From: Azolla caroliniana
Taxonomy: Eukaryota; Plantae; Polypodiophyta
Direction: 5' to 3'
DNA: 64,000 nucleotides
Assembly: GCA_043228905.1 (NCBI GenBank)
Contig: JBHGNT010000004.1
Coordinates: 3,534,001 to 3,598,000 of the forward strand
Each line of letters opens with the position of its first letter. The stretch's first letter is position 1. The notes below the pieces were generated by a model. That model was not told where the DNA came from, made no database searches, and saw nothing but the letters and a program-made list of their open reading frames with translations. Positions 1-11,849 of this stretch are shown here, piece after piece. The position numbers and the translations under genes are program-made.

Positions 1-1217
1 CTTGGGGCAACAATATTCTGAATGTGCTCGATTTGTCAACGAACCGGAGCTCACAGTTATGTAGTCAAAATGGCCACACACACAAGTAGGTGCTACTACT
101 AGGTTTGTTGACATAGGTACCCTCCACTTGAGGAATTGATCTTCCGAATTGTGGCGCGACAGTCGCCTAGGGTTAATTATTGTCACGAACTAATACTCCT
201 CCAGCTTCTTCTGCTCGATGATGAGGATCTAATTAATTAAGGTTGACATGGGGATCAATGGCGATCAAAGTGAAAGTTCCGGTCGGCATTTTTGTTGTGA
301 AATGGAAGGTCTTGTTGAAGCTTGGTAGGCATTTTATATGTGAAATGGAAGGTCTTGTTGAAGCTTGGAACACATGTTACGGGTCACTTCCATTAAAGGG
401 TTTCCAAGGGAATACACTGAAGTCTGTATGACATATGCAGTGGAAGGCCTTCTAATTAGCTACCAAAACTAGGATATATATTTAAGTATGTATTGTGATG
501 TGTTACCTTATCTGCAATATTTGTGGTGGTGATGAATACATTTGCTATATACTTTTCAAATATATCAATGTCCTTGTTGAAATACATGACGCACAATATT
601 GGCCTTGGAAGACCCACTTTTGTTGTTATGCCTAATATTCGGCTACTTTTCAATTGGGCTTGTTCGATTATTTTCGAAGATCACATTGTGAAGTCGATAT
701 TGTCATGATGTTGTTAGGTGGTAAATTATGTTAGCATCTAAGAATGAATGACTTTATATGCCATGTTGTCACAAATGCTTGAAATGGTGTTGGTTAGCAT
801 ATATAAGGAAAGATGGCCAAGACAGATAGTACATACCGAAAGGCGATATTTGTTGATGCCCCAACATCAGCTATGATTCATGGTGAAGGAGTACCAACTA
901 CTCTTTGCTTACTCTTCTTTCCTCTTCATTATAAGGCTATAGATTTCCGAAAATGTGGACGATTTTTCGGCTTGACATTGTGTAGAATATGCAACTTTAG
1001 GTCACAACATCAGATCAATTATTGTGTCGTACAAGCTGACTTCCAAGTTACACTTTCTGTGATTACAAATTGAGCGCTATATACATAATACAACTGTAGA
1101 ATTGATGGAGGAGTTATATATAAGAGAGTTATTCCACATTAGAGAAAAAAAGAAAGAAAGAAAGAAAGAAAGATATGTTAGCATCTTCTAAGACCCAAAT
1201 TTGGCCCATGAAGTAGA

Positions 1218-2318
1218 ATGAGAGTGAGAGAGAGAGAGAGAGAGATGACATTCATGGAGTCCATGGATGATCAGCTTATGTTTGTAAGTAGCATACTGAG
1301 GAGGAGTGTAGCTGTGATATTGATACTTTTGCATCTGATATGGTCTTGCAATAATTCTGCAGCAGCTGAACTTTACAATGAAAACGCAGGAGGCTTTCCA
1401 TCAGTGGTCATGTCGAATTCATCGAGCACCACCGGCATCTCTTTATTGAATGGAAAGCTCCGTCTCGACAGCACAAACGCAAACTTAGTATATGCCCTGT
1501 TCCCCTACATCCCCTTCAACACTAGTGCCCCATCCATGGGTTCCTTCAACACTCTCTTCAATTTCACTAATATCGCTTCTGTCGGTGCTCTCGGCATCAT
1601 CGCCATCAATCCCAATTCGGACATTATGAAACTCGAGGATCAATTGCTTGCGATAACTAATCTCCCCTATGAACTCGATACTAAATTAGTGAACAATAGC
1701 AACTACTTGGCACTCGTGTGCAACTTCACGGTAGCCACTCTATCGGAGGATGGGGCATATGTTGTCCCTAGGTTTGGAGGCGGTCCTGTGATGTACTTCG
1801 ACCATGTAACGGCCAATGAACCAGACAACCGGGCACAAAACTTCAATGGTGAGTTGCAGTACTTCGATCCAGCCTCAGTGTCAAAAGCATGTGCATCGAT
1901 CCCTACATGGGAATTGCCAAACACTTTGTGTCCAGAAAACTATATGAAATTTGGGATGTACAACCCGCATTTTGGATACAGTTCCATGAGTTTTATGGCG
2001 CCGCATTCGAATCTTAGTGTTTTGGTCTCAAGTTTGGTTGGGTTTTTCGCTTTCGGCCGAGGAGTGTTTGATGTAACCTTCTGGGAATTCACTGACCTGT
2101 ATATCGACGACAACGTTGCGGTAGGTACCTCAGAGACAATTTGCAATGCATCATTCTCTAGCATTCCACATCCGACAAGTTGCAATACATCAGTGGTGTC
2201 TCGCATTCCATATCCAAGCTCAAGGACAATTCTCGATGCATCAGTGTCTAGCATTCCATATCCAAGTTCAATACTAAATCTTATGCTCTTCTTTCTTTCA
2301 ATGTTCTTCTATGTTTGA
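1218..2318 (+). CDS. Intronless secreted protein, divergent legume (L-type) lectin-like fold, probable C-terminal GPI-anchor signal
   Basis: Open 366-aa ORF; the true start may be a downstream Met (MFVSSILRRSVAVILILLHLIWSC, signal-peptide-like). Lectin-like motifs in the expected order: GKLRL, SFNTLFNFT, GALGIIAINP, VGFFAFG...VTFWEF. Many N-x-S/T sequons, three Ser/Pro-rich SSIPYPSS-type repeats, then a hydrophobic tail with no cytoplasmic domain. Family call is motif-based inference. Confidence 0.65.
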   Translation: MRVREREREMTFMESMDDQLMFVSSILRRSVAVILILLHLIWSCNNSAAAELYNENAGGFPSVVMSNSSSTTGISLLNGKLRLDSTNANLVYALFPYIPFNTSAPSMGSFNTLFNFTNIASVGALGIIAINPNSDIMKLEDQLLAITNLPYELDTKLVNNSNYLALVCNFTVATLSEDGAYVVPRFGGGPVMYFDHVTANEPDNRAQNFNGELQYFDPASVSKACASIPTWELPNTLCPENYMKFGMYNPHFGYSSMSFMAPHSNLSVLVSSLVGFFAFGRGVFDVTFWEFTDLYIDDNVAVGTSETICNASFSSIPHPTSCNTSVVSRIPYPSSRTILDASVSSIPYPSSILNLMLFFLSMFFYV

Positions 2319-2619
2319 TATCATCATCAATGAAAATAAACTCGTGAAGTCGCACATGTATTGTTCTTAACATTATGGATCCAATCTGTTCTTGTATATA
2401 ACCCTAAATGTGCCACAAATCTAATCTTAACCAATCTAATAGCCTGATCCATCTGTACCACAATATATTGTGCTATTTAAACCCATGGACGAATCAAGAG
2501 CACAATGGGAGGAGACACAAGTGAATGGCAATGTTGTTATTTAGCAATCAAATCTATGATTTATCATCAAACTAAACTCAGAAAAGAGAGTGTAAATACA
2601 AATTCAATTCCCTTTGGAT

Positions 2620-2900
2620 GCAGTAGCATGGGTTTGTTTCGACACAGTCAAGTCTTAGTCTTACCAGTCTCTAGTTTAAACGAGGTTTTGGCTTTCGGCA
2701 AATGTGTATTTGATGTGAGCTTCTGTCAATGCAATGACAAGTCTGATGAAAATCTAGCAAAGACAATTCTCATGGCATGGTTGTCTAGCATTCCATATCC
2801 AAGCTCAATACTAAATTTTATGCTCTCCTATCTCTTTCAATGTCCTTCTATGTTGGAATCATCAAATAGAACATTTGAAGTCACAAATGTACTAACTACT
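2620..2900 (+). pseudogene. Degenerate duplicate of the 3' part of the lectin-like gene
   Basis: Translation VLPVSSLNEVLAFGKCVFDVSFCQ...SSIPYPSSILNFML parallels VLVSSLVGFFAFGRGVFDVTFWE...SSIPYPSSILNLML; DNA similarity continues into the 3' UTR (gaagtcacaaatgta vs gaagtcgcacatgta). Confidence 0.8.
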
Positions 2901-3272
2901 CTTGCCAAAGTAAATGAGAGCAAGAGCTCAATTCCATTTGCTCTTATGTATAACCAATCTATTTCTAAAACAATGTCTGGATGAGTTCAATTTCTACTAG
3001 ATATGGCATTATTCTCATCTCAACTATGTATTCATACATAAGCCTTAGTTTATTGATGGTACAACAAAGCTTTAAATTAGCTGATTTAGTTCACAAGCAA
3101 GAAGATAACTGAAACACAAATAGGAGCTGCACGAAATTCAATAATATAGAGGCCAAGCATGTAGCATAATAGCTCTACTCATGATCAAAACATTGTTTAT
3201 ATCTGATTTGCTTGGGATATGATGTGATCAATAAGAGATCCAAGAAAAACAAGCATTCCACATGGTTAGGTT

Positions 3273-4039
3273 TAGCAATGGGCCCGGTTCGGTTTCTTGG
3301 CCTTGAAACCAAACCAAACCAAACTATTTATTAATAATAAAAACCGAACCAAACTGTTTTAAAATTTATGAAGCCATTTAAACCGAACCGTTTAGAGCCG
3401 AACCGTTAAACCAAACCATTTAAAGCATAGGAGAAACCAAACCGTTTACGAAAAATTTAAAACCAAACCAAACCAAACCATTTTTTATTGATATTAATCA
3501 TTATACTTATTATAAATTTGTGTGAGAAAGTCATCATAAATTTTGTATCATACTTATCTTTAAATTTGTCATTATACTTATCATAAATTTGGTCATCATA
3601 CTTATCATAAATTTGGTCATCATACTTATCATAAATTTGGTCATCATACTAATCATAAATTTGATCATCATACTAATCATAAATTTGATCATCATACTTA
3701 TCATAATTGATCATCATAAATGAAAATGAGACTCTACATATAATACATATAAAATTTAATAAGTTAAAACAAGAGTTTAAAATTAAAAGTTAAAAGTTAT
3801 AGCCTATAGAAAATATTTATGAGCATTTTTTAACCTATAAACCTTTAAACCGAACCACATAAACAGAAACCGATAAGCCGATAAACCGCTAAACCGGTCA
3901 ATTCAAAACCGAACCGAACCGAACGGATTAGTAACATTTGAAACCAAACCAAACCGTTTATTTATCTTTGAACCTATAAACCGTTAAGCCACGGTTTTTG
4001 GGTTCGGTTCGGTTTGAACCGAAACCGGGCCCATTGCTA
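3273..4039. mobile_element. Non-autonomous hAT element (MITE-like, 767 bp)
   Basis: TIR TAGCAATGGGCCCGGTT / AACCGGGCCCATTGCTA; perfect 8-bp TSD GTTAGGTT (3265-3272, 4040-4047); dense subterminal AAACCG/AACCGAACC motifs; no ORF. Confidence 0.93.
3548..3720. repeat. ~24-bp tandem minisatellite (catcatacttatcataaatttggt) inside the hAT MITE
   Basis: About 6-7 imperfect copies visible directly. Confidence 0.85.
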
Positions 4040-4574
4040 GTTAGGTTAGAGGCACATCAAAAAGAAGATTTCCACAACATTCTTTGAGCTTATCACCATA
4101 CCACAAGTGATAAGAACAATCATCATATTGGCACAACGCATGCTTGAGTCTCTCAACACTATGTGGAAACATATAGGATCAATAACAATCCCATGGTATT
4201 GACTTTCTCAATAGGCCCACAAGTCCACTCGCAATGCATTGAGGAGTTGCCATTTAGTGAGAATAAGAATGTCCACGACCATAGAGAGTCCACAACTATA
4301 AGGATACAAGGCACTTGTTACATGCATAACCATAATTGATCATGAGATAGGCTTTCCCAAGTTTTTCCTAATCTCATGATAAGTATGTGTGGGGTTAGCT
4401 ATGAAAGGATACTAGAACCAAATCATGGAGATCAATGCTTGCCACACTCAGTCCATCCCACAACACACGCATGCCATGTGCTTCAACATAGCCTCGTCAC
4501 ACTACCCCAAGAAACATATGCTGGATTGGTTATACATAGCCTCGTCACACAAACTGGATATGTATCAGAAACTA

Positions 4575-7500
4575 AGGACTACTAATGCCTATCGTAGTAA
4601 AGTAGTAAATTGGATGAGGGTAGGAGACCGTGTTACGAAAGGTTTTTTTGAAGCTGTAAAATGCAAAGGCTCCGGGACCCAACCTTCATGTTTGAAAAAG
4701 ACAGATGGCACAATGACCACGTGCGCGGAGGAAATGCTTGAAATGGCCACGAGCTATTATATGCAACTATTGAATGTATGCAACGAGGAACATATTGAGC
4801 AGGATGCCTTTAGAAATATAATAAACAGGATACCAAAGAGAGTTTCGGCTCAGATGATGGACTGTCTAAATACCCCTATTTGTATACAAGAATTGTGGGA
4901 TGCAATTTTAGATATGAACAAACAAAGCTGTGCAGGCATAGATGGACTCCCTATATATATATTTTTACATCAAATATTGGGATCTAATTAAGGATGACAT
5001 GTTGGAAGGGATGCAATACATTATGACTGAAGGTTTAATGCCTCCGACAATGTGTCAAGGAATGATTTATTTAATTCCCAAGGATGGGAAAGATCTAACT
5101 ATGCTTGATAATTGGTGACCTTTGCCGATTCTCACTAATGCCTATAAGATCATGGCTAAAGTTGTAAGTAGTCGATTGAAAACGGTCCTAGGGGACATAA
5201 TACATACAACGCAAACTGGCTTCCTCGAAAACTGGAGCATTGTTGACAATGTGATAACTTTTTGGGAGTATTCAGCATGGGCAGAGGAGCAAGGAGTGGA
5301 CCTAGCAGTAATGTTACTCGATTTCGAAAAAGCATATGACAGGATCTCATGGGAATTCCTAGAAGCAGTGATGGCTACCCTAGGCTTCGAGCAGCAATGG
5401 ATCCTTGGATTGGTTGCCTTTTATAGGGATGCTTCCAGCCAGGTTTTAATGGCTGGAAGCTTGGGGAAGAGCTTTAGGATGACACGATCGGTACGCCAAG
5501 GATGCCCATTGGCCTCGTACCTATTCATTATTGCAGCGAAAGCATTGCATTATCAGATTAGTGATAGATATTGGCAAATACAAGGCCTTCCCCTACCCGA
5601 GGATGTAGGAATGATGCTTGATACAACAATTTATGTTAAGGGGGATGCAAACAACTTGGACAGACTACAAAGTGCAATAAATGAGTTTTGTAGGGGGTCG
5701 GGTGCGAATATAAACTGGAATAAATCAGTGGGCATTTGGATTAGCAATAAGCCTGTGGTAAATTGGGCTCCAGACCCTAATTTCAGATGGTTGAGGAGAG
5801 GAGAAGCTACTAGATACTTGGGTTTCAAAATCGGGATGGACATTGATCGCTCAGAACACTACACTCTACTTGTGGACAAAATAAAAACGAAGTTAATATG
5901 GTGGAATGCAAGAAAATTATCCTTTGCAGCCAAGATTGTGATTGCAAACCAGGTTCTAATGGCCACAATATGGCATACTACGCCATGTTGCATAATCACA
6001 CCCAAGTCGATGAAAGTGATTAAAAGGCTGATCAGAAATTTCTTATGGGGGGGCACCGAGGAAAAACATGCTTGTGCAAAGGTTGCATGGACTACACTCA
6101 TAAAAGACAAAAGTGAAGGTGGGGTGGGACTAATAGATCCTGTGGTGCAAACGAAGGCTTTGGTAGGCAAATTGGTGGTCAGGAGCTTGCAACCACTTGA
6201 GGCACCTTGGAAAATTCTCTAGCGACGCAGATGGAAGATGTGGTTGCCAAGACATGGTGGAAGTTGGCCAAGTAGCCCTTTTTGGGGGTTTGTGCCTGAA
6301 ATGCGACCCAAATATTGGGGATGTACATAGAGTATATGTGCTGTTGGAATTATGAAGGCATGGAATGGAATGAGAAAGGGAATTGTTTGTAGGTGGAGAA
6401 ATGATGCATATGCTCGAATGTACATGCCTATTGTTTGGAACCCATTAATTAGAGATGTGGATGGGCTGATGATAGGACAAAAAGCAGGCTTCAAATGGGC
6501 CAATTTAATCAATGCCCAAGGGAATACATTGGTAGATTGGAAGAGATTTCTATGTAATGATGTGGGTACTCAAAAGGCTAGAATATGGAGGATAAACAGG
6601 GGTAAATGCATGCTAATGAGGATTACAAATGCCTTTGCACGCAACGGGCAAATCTTGGAAGATGCAGCCATAAGTCCCTCTGAAATGGAATGGACAGGAC
6701 TTATTGATGCTGAAGATTATATAATCAGAATTAAGGGAACGAAAGCCGGCTCTAATGAGGCATGCTACTACAAAATAGAGCATAGAAGGGTAATATGTGA
6801 GCAACCAGCCTATCAAACTGAAAGGCCGATTAGGTTGCTTGCAAAAAATGGAAAGGCTATGATAGTTGACCCCGAACCGAGTGAGCTCAAACCAACGACA
6901 GTGTGTTGGCCGATAGAAGGGCATTCAGATCAGCTATCATGGGACCCCCCGATGTATTTATGGAAAACTCAAGGTCAAAGTGATGGTGCCAAGTTGGTGC
7001 AATTTTTCAGGTACAACACGAAAATCGGGAGGCAAATTATCCTAAAACAAGAACACCAAGATATTGCAGCTCGTAAATTTTGGATACAAGAGGGCATTAG
7101 TGAAAGGAGATTAGCTAAATTCTGGAAAATGATATGGCATGACAGCGGTGACCACAAGATAATGATGTGCTTATGGCTTATTGTGCATAGAGCCTTGCCA
7201 GTAGGGGCGTGGGCTAAAGGCCCTAATGTAGACCCAAAATGTAGTGCATGTGGACAACTAGAAAGCATTTCCCATTGTCTTTGGGAATGTCATGAGGCTA
7301 TGGTTGTATGGAGAAGGGCATTACGATTGCTTTGCCATGCCTCTAGCTCATTTACCCTCAATTGGGGACATGCTTGTTGGAATTGTCTTGATGATGACGT
7401 AGAGAAATTTGATAGCACATGTACAACTATGTACAGAGGGGAGAATGGAACTATTCGAGTGATCGCTAGTAACAGTGCACCTAGAAGTAATGCCCAGAGG

Positions 7501-7812
7501 CAGAAAATTGTAGATCTATGGATGTTGCTAGCACCCATTATCATATGGCACATTTGGACCGCAAGATGTACCAGGGTATTTTCACCAAACAAACGGCCTC
7601 CAATAGAATCTATTAAGCTAATATGGCACATGCTAATAACTACATTGAGGGCCCAATATGAGCGGATTGATGGAACAGATGATGGTTCAGATTTAATGAG
7701 GCTGAAATTCAGAAAACGATGGTGTACTACACTGATGGCTACAGAAATTGGAGTGGTTATACGATGGCAGTACGTAGTACCAAGATGGATGTTCCCCCCT
7801 CCCAATAGATGA
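4575..7812 (+). mobile_element. 5'-truncated non-LTR retrotransposon (L1/Tx1-like LINE ORF2: RT plus zf-RVT), pseudogenised
   Basis: Motifs GDRVTKGFF, GIDGLP, QTGF, LLDFEKAYDRISW, SVRQGCPL, RYLG, KVAW, EGGVGL, CSACGQLESISHCLWEC, IIWHIWTARC. Broken by a frameshift in a (TA)n run near 4955 and stops near 5116, 6220 and 6328. No endonuclease or ORF1 seen. Ends approximate. Confidence 0.9.
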
Positions 7813-10000
7813 TAGAGGGGCGTGAATGACACGACAAACATGGAGAACAAACATGTGGGCTATTTAGTGTAAGATAAATAAGTGATGTAGTCCATATGGA
7901 AGTAGGTAATGTCTAAAGTTGTGTATTGTATGTCATTTTAACTAATGGAGTATATTCTTCTTTGGAAAAGCCATCTCAAGATTCATTTACCAATTCTGAA
8001 GGGCATTTAGCATTAAGACTAAATTGTCATGGATCATTTGGAAACATGGTGCTTTTATTTTGTGTTGGGCATTAATGTATCTTTCTTACTAGTTTATTTA
8101 TATTTTTCAAACTCCAAACAACATAAGGTCATATTGATGTGTTTGTGTGGTGTGTGTGTGTGGGTGCGTGCGTAAATAAAAGTTGGAGGGGGAAGCATCC
8201 TATTTCAGATGTACATTTTTGTTTTACCCTCTTTGGTAAGCTTATAGTGGACCAAAATTATGAAAGGTGTGGCAAAACCTCTATGCAACTCTATGCCCAA
8301 AACTATGTGAGGATCTCAAATTATGGATTCATACAAATTGTGGCCACTTGGCTATATTGATGTGTGCACTTTCTCCATTGATCTCACAAAGTAATAGTTT
8401 GACTAAAAGTTTCCTCCTACCAACAAATCAAAGGAAAACAAGAACTCACATGCCTAGAACCAAGGGACTTTGCAAGATTTATGAAGCAGGGTGTTATCAG
8501 CGTAATATTCCGAAACAATTGTAAAGCTAATTTAACAAGTTAAGGGTAGAATATTTGAGAAACTAATTATCCTAGGATGTGGGAAAACCCATATACACCT
8601 ATAAACTTGTAATAGATCATGGTCTTGGAGCGTTAGGTGTTGACCTACAGAAAGGGGACAAGGTATCCCATTCATTATGACATCTTGAGAAATTGTCAAG
8701 ATAAGCTCTCTTAGTGAGGTAAAGTTTTCTTCGTATCCATTATTCAACATCAAAGGTACTGATAGTATGGGACATCAATGGTATTTTATGTTTGTTTCAT
8801 GCCCTTCACTCAAGGGTGGTTAGTGTGGTTAACCATCATTTATATATTCTTGTTCTTAATATCTTATTCTTTGTTCATCATTAGTTCATTCACAATAAGT
8901 TTTCATCAGCCTTCTTTGAGTTGACCACCATTTAACAAATGAGAAATATTTTTTACCATATCAGTTGTGTTGAAACAAGTTAGGTTTTGGTGGACTTGGC
9001 TAAAACCGTGGTTTCAGATGACAACCAAAGAATACATCCATACCTAAACAGGTTCTATCGTTATATGCACAATTGTTGTGTAAGTTTTGTTTTCTCTATA
9101 GTATTGTGATACTCTTTTGGAATTTTAGTGAGCTAAGGAGCCTCTATACATTGCTTTGTATTTCCTGTCTCATAGTGGAAATCGTTTTGCTTCGTGATTT
9201 TAGATTTAGGGTTTTCCACGTAAATCTGTGTATGCTCATCTCTGTTTGCCATAGTGTCTCAAATTAATCTTTTCTGGTTTATCTCTAACTATAAACATGT
9301 ATCAAACTAGTATAAGAGCCCTAAGTCCTAGATGGAAGGAAGTTTGAGTGGCTTTTCTAAGAATGGTTGTCCTGAACTCACACACCTACTTAGACTGGAA
9401 GATCAAGATGAAAGATCTTCTGATCGTCAAAGACTTGTACGAACTAATAGATAGAAGTGAAATACCGATCGGGGTAATAGAGTCTAAGTGGAAAACCCTA
9501 AATAGAAAGTTTGTGCAACCATAAGACAATTTGTAGACATAAGCATACTACAACATGTAGCAAATGATACAAATGCCTAGTATGAAAGGAAAAACGTTGT
9601 AAAGAAAACTTCCCTAATGAGAAAACTAGTCAGGCTATAGTACATAGATGGTGATAACATTGTGGTGCACATGAGTACTTTCATGGGAATACTAAACCAA
9701 CTAGCATCAGCGAAGTTTCCACTAGATGATGTTATGTAGGCCCTGTTACTACTATGTACTCTACCTGATAGTTGGGAAACCTATGCTCGAAATTTTCACA
9801 TATTCTTATATGTCGGGTGATGTAGATTCCAGTTGATCCACATTAGGGTATGTGATGACCTATGCAGGGGGAGTTGTGTCATGCAAATCAAGATTGCAAA
9901 AGGTTGTGCCTTTGTCAGCCACAAAGCCTGAGTATATGCCTGCAGTGGAGGCCGGAAAGAAATTGATTTGGATGAGGGATTTTCTACGTGAACTAGGAAC

Positions 10001-10431
10001 TGTAAAAAGTAACGTGCGGAAGCAAGTATGAAGACGGAACAAAAGGAAGAAAACTCAGGTTTAATGGAGAGCTTGAGCTTACGCAGTATACGCGGGAGAG
10101 ACAGAGAGAGTGGGAGAGAGAACACAAGAACTATATTCACCACACTCTATACATATGTGTGTTCAATGAACACTTTTATACAAGTCCTAGAAGGACTGAC
10201 CAAAGTACTGACAGTACTTCAATACTCATTAAGAGCTCCTACACTAACTCCCAAATATATTCCTCACGGAATATCTTTCCTAACGGCCTCCCGGTTTATG
10301 AACCGATCTGGCCCTACCTACGCACCGGTCTGCGTACCGGTTTACGCATTCGGCCTAACCGATCGGTCCCAACTGATCCGGTCCTCGACTTCTTCAGCCG
10401 ATCCGGCCGATGTTGAGCTTGTCTCTCAATA
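10001..10431 (-). mobile_element. Solo LTR (Copia-like) inserted in the old Copia RNase H
   Basis: Starts TGTAAAAAG, ends CTCAATA (decayed CA); 5-bp TSD GGAAC at 9996-10000 and 10432-10436. Confidence 0.75.
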
Positions 10432-10812
10432 GGAACAAAACAAGAAAAAATCCTACTTCATTGTGATGATCAGGGTGCCATCCACCTTGCCAAGAATGTT
10501 TCCTATCACTCTCATACAAAGCACATTCAGAGAGGGTATCATTGGTTACGAAAAAGAGTCGATGAAAATGGATCACACATGCTTACAAAAAATTTATCTA
10601 TGAAAAAACTCATCGATTATCGACGAAAGATTCATCTAGTCCACCCCCCCCCCCCCAATACACTACTCAAGGGGGAGTTTGTTATGTAAGGTTGTAACTC
10701 TTGATGGTGGAAGACGGCTGAAATGTCGTAAATCGGCCGAGAGGCCAAATGGGAGTTATGTTGGCCGAAATCAGCTGAAAATCCGAATAGGAGTCAACTG
10801 ATCGGAGTTGGC

Positions 10813-10815
<3 letters not shown>

Positions 10816-10861
<46 letters not shown>
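10816..10861. repeat. (AT)n microsatellite
   Basis: Direct reading. Confidence 0.95.
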
Positions 10862-10864
<3 letters not shown>

Positions 10865-11045
10865 ATGTGTGCATAAGAAAACGTGAAGAAAACAGAGAGT
10901 GCAAGTGAGATAGTAGAACTGAGAGAGAGTGAGAGCTGAGATAATATTGGCTATGCGAGAGACACAATGTTGTGGCTACGCATGAGAGGAAGCAAGAACA
11001 AAGAATGCCACATAGTTGAAGAATAGAGAGAGACAGAGCAGAGAA

Positions 11046-11107
11046 TGTTGGATACACTGCCAACTAATGCGGAACTTAATTGAGACTCTTCTGTTTAAAG
11101 AGCATAA
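11046..11107 (-). mobile_element. Outer 62 bp of the 3' LTR of Copia K, separated from the rest of its LTR (54592-54875) by the TIR element
   Basis: Starts TGTTGG; reverse complement ttccgcattagttggcagtgtatccaaca is a typical Copia LTR end; joins 54592 across the duplicated ATAA. Confidence 0.6.
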
Positions 11108-11434
11108 AACACCGGGTCATTTGAAACAAGTAATATGTCGCATTTTAAGAACACTCCGCTAAAAAAGGCACAAAACCACAAATTTTACAAGAAGACATGG
11201 CACATGCATAAAGCTTTTCCAAAAATGAGGCAAAATATATTGAATTTCAACATTTCATAAACTTTGAGGCGAATGTAAAATGACTTACAAATAGACATTG
11301 CCAAAATTACAAAAGAATATACAAGATGACTACCACCTATAATTATGCATATTCGTGATTTAACATCTGAAAGTAATGTGCACTATTTTAGTTCATGTAA
11401 TAAAATGTTCCCGAGCCTAAATCGGTTCATCATT

Positions 11435-11669
11435 TTATGACCTGTCTAATAGACTAGAAGAGCTTTCTGACGTCTCATCCTCATCATCAGTGGCCATTAA
11501 TGCATTATCTTCGATACCATATTTGGGATTATGAGAATTGCTTCTGGTTAGTCTCTTTATATTGTTCGATACCATATTTGGGATCTTCTCTTTTATTATC
11601 TTGATGGTGGCTTGTCTTAGATGACCTGATTTAGGCAAGGAGAAGTCGTATACTAGTATGTCAACACGG
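11435..11669 (-). pseudogene. 3' end of a second gene of the TIR element, truncated by an LTR insertion (possibly the transposase C-terminus)
   Basis: Reads RVDILVYDFSLPKSGHLRQATIKIIKEKIP...DDEDETSESSSS-stop towards the left TIR and is cut exactly at the LTR start at 11670. Function is inference only. Confidence 0.45.
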
Positions 11670-11799
11670 TGTCGCGTTGCTACGCGCGTGCGTGTAGAAG
11701 TGTGGGACCACGGGGGTCTTGGACTAGGGAGTGATGGAGTGTAGGAAGTCGTGCTTCACTATTTCTAGGGTATCCCGGGGACACCCCGGAAGCAACCGA

Positions 11800-11801
<2 letters not shown>

Positions 11802-11847
<46 letters not shown>
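11802..11847. repeat. (GA)n microsatellite within LTR A
   Basis: Direct reading; much shorter in the partner LTR near 33217. Confidence 0.9.

Positions 11848-11849
<2 letters not shown>

Larger units (their letters stand above)
8968..11045 (+). mobile_element. Old, internally deleted Ty1/Copia element (related to the 16550-22060 element)
   Basis: LTR-like region with ttagggttttccacgtaaa; degenerate Met-i PBS near 9308; decayed gag (WKIKMKDLLIVKDLY...) joined directly to RNase H remnants (YVMTYAGGVVS); PPT aagggggagtt and 3' LTR from 10680, cut at 11046. Left boundary uncertain. Confidence 0.7.

Noticed and set aside
1-240. Possible decayed gag zinc-knuckle on the minus strand
   Set aside because: Too degenerate and cut by the window edge to support.
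4050-4570. Short ORFs and a 17-bp direct repeat upstream of the LINE
   Set aside because: No recognisable domain; cannot be assigned as LINE ORF1 or TSD.
8565-8605. Plus-strand LIILGCGKTHIH, Walker-A-like
   Set aside because: Lacks full GxxxxGKT spacing, is closely followed by a stop, and has no other NTPase motifs.
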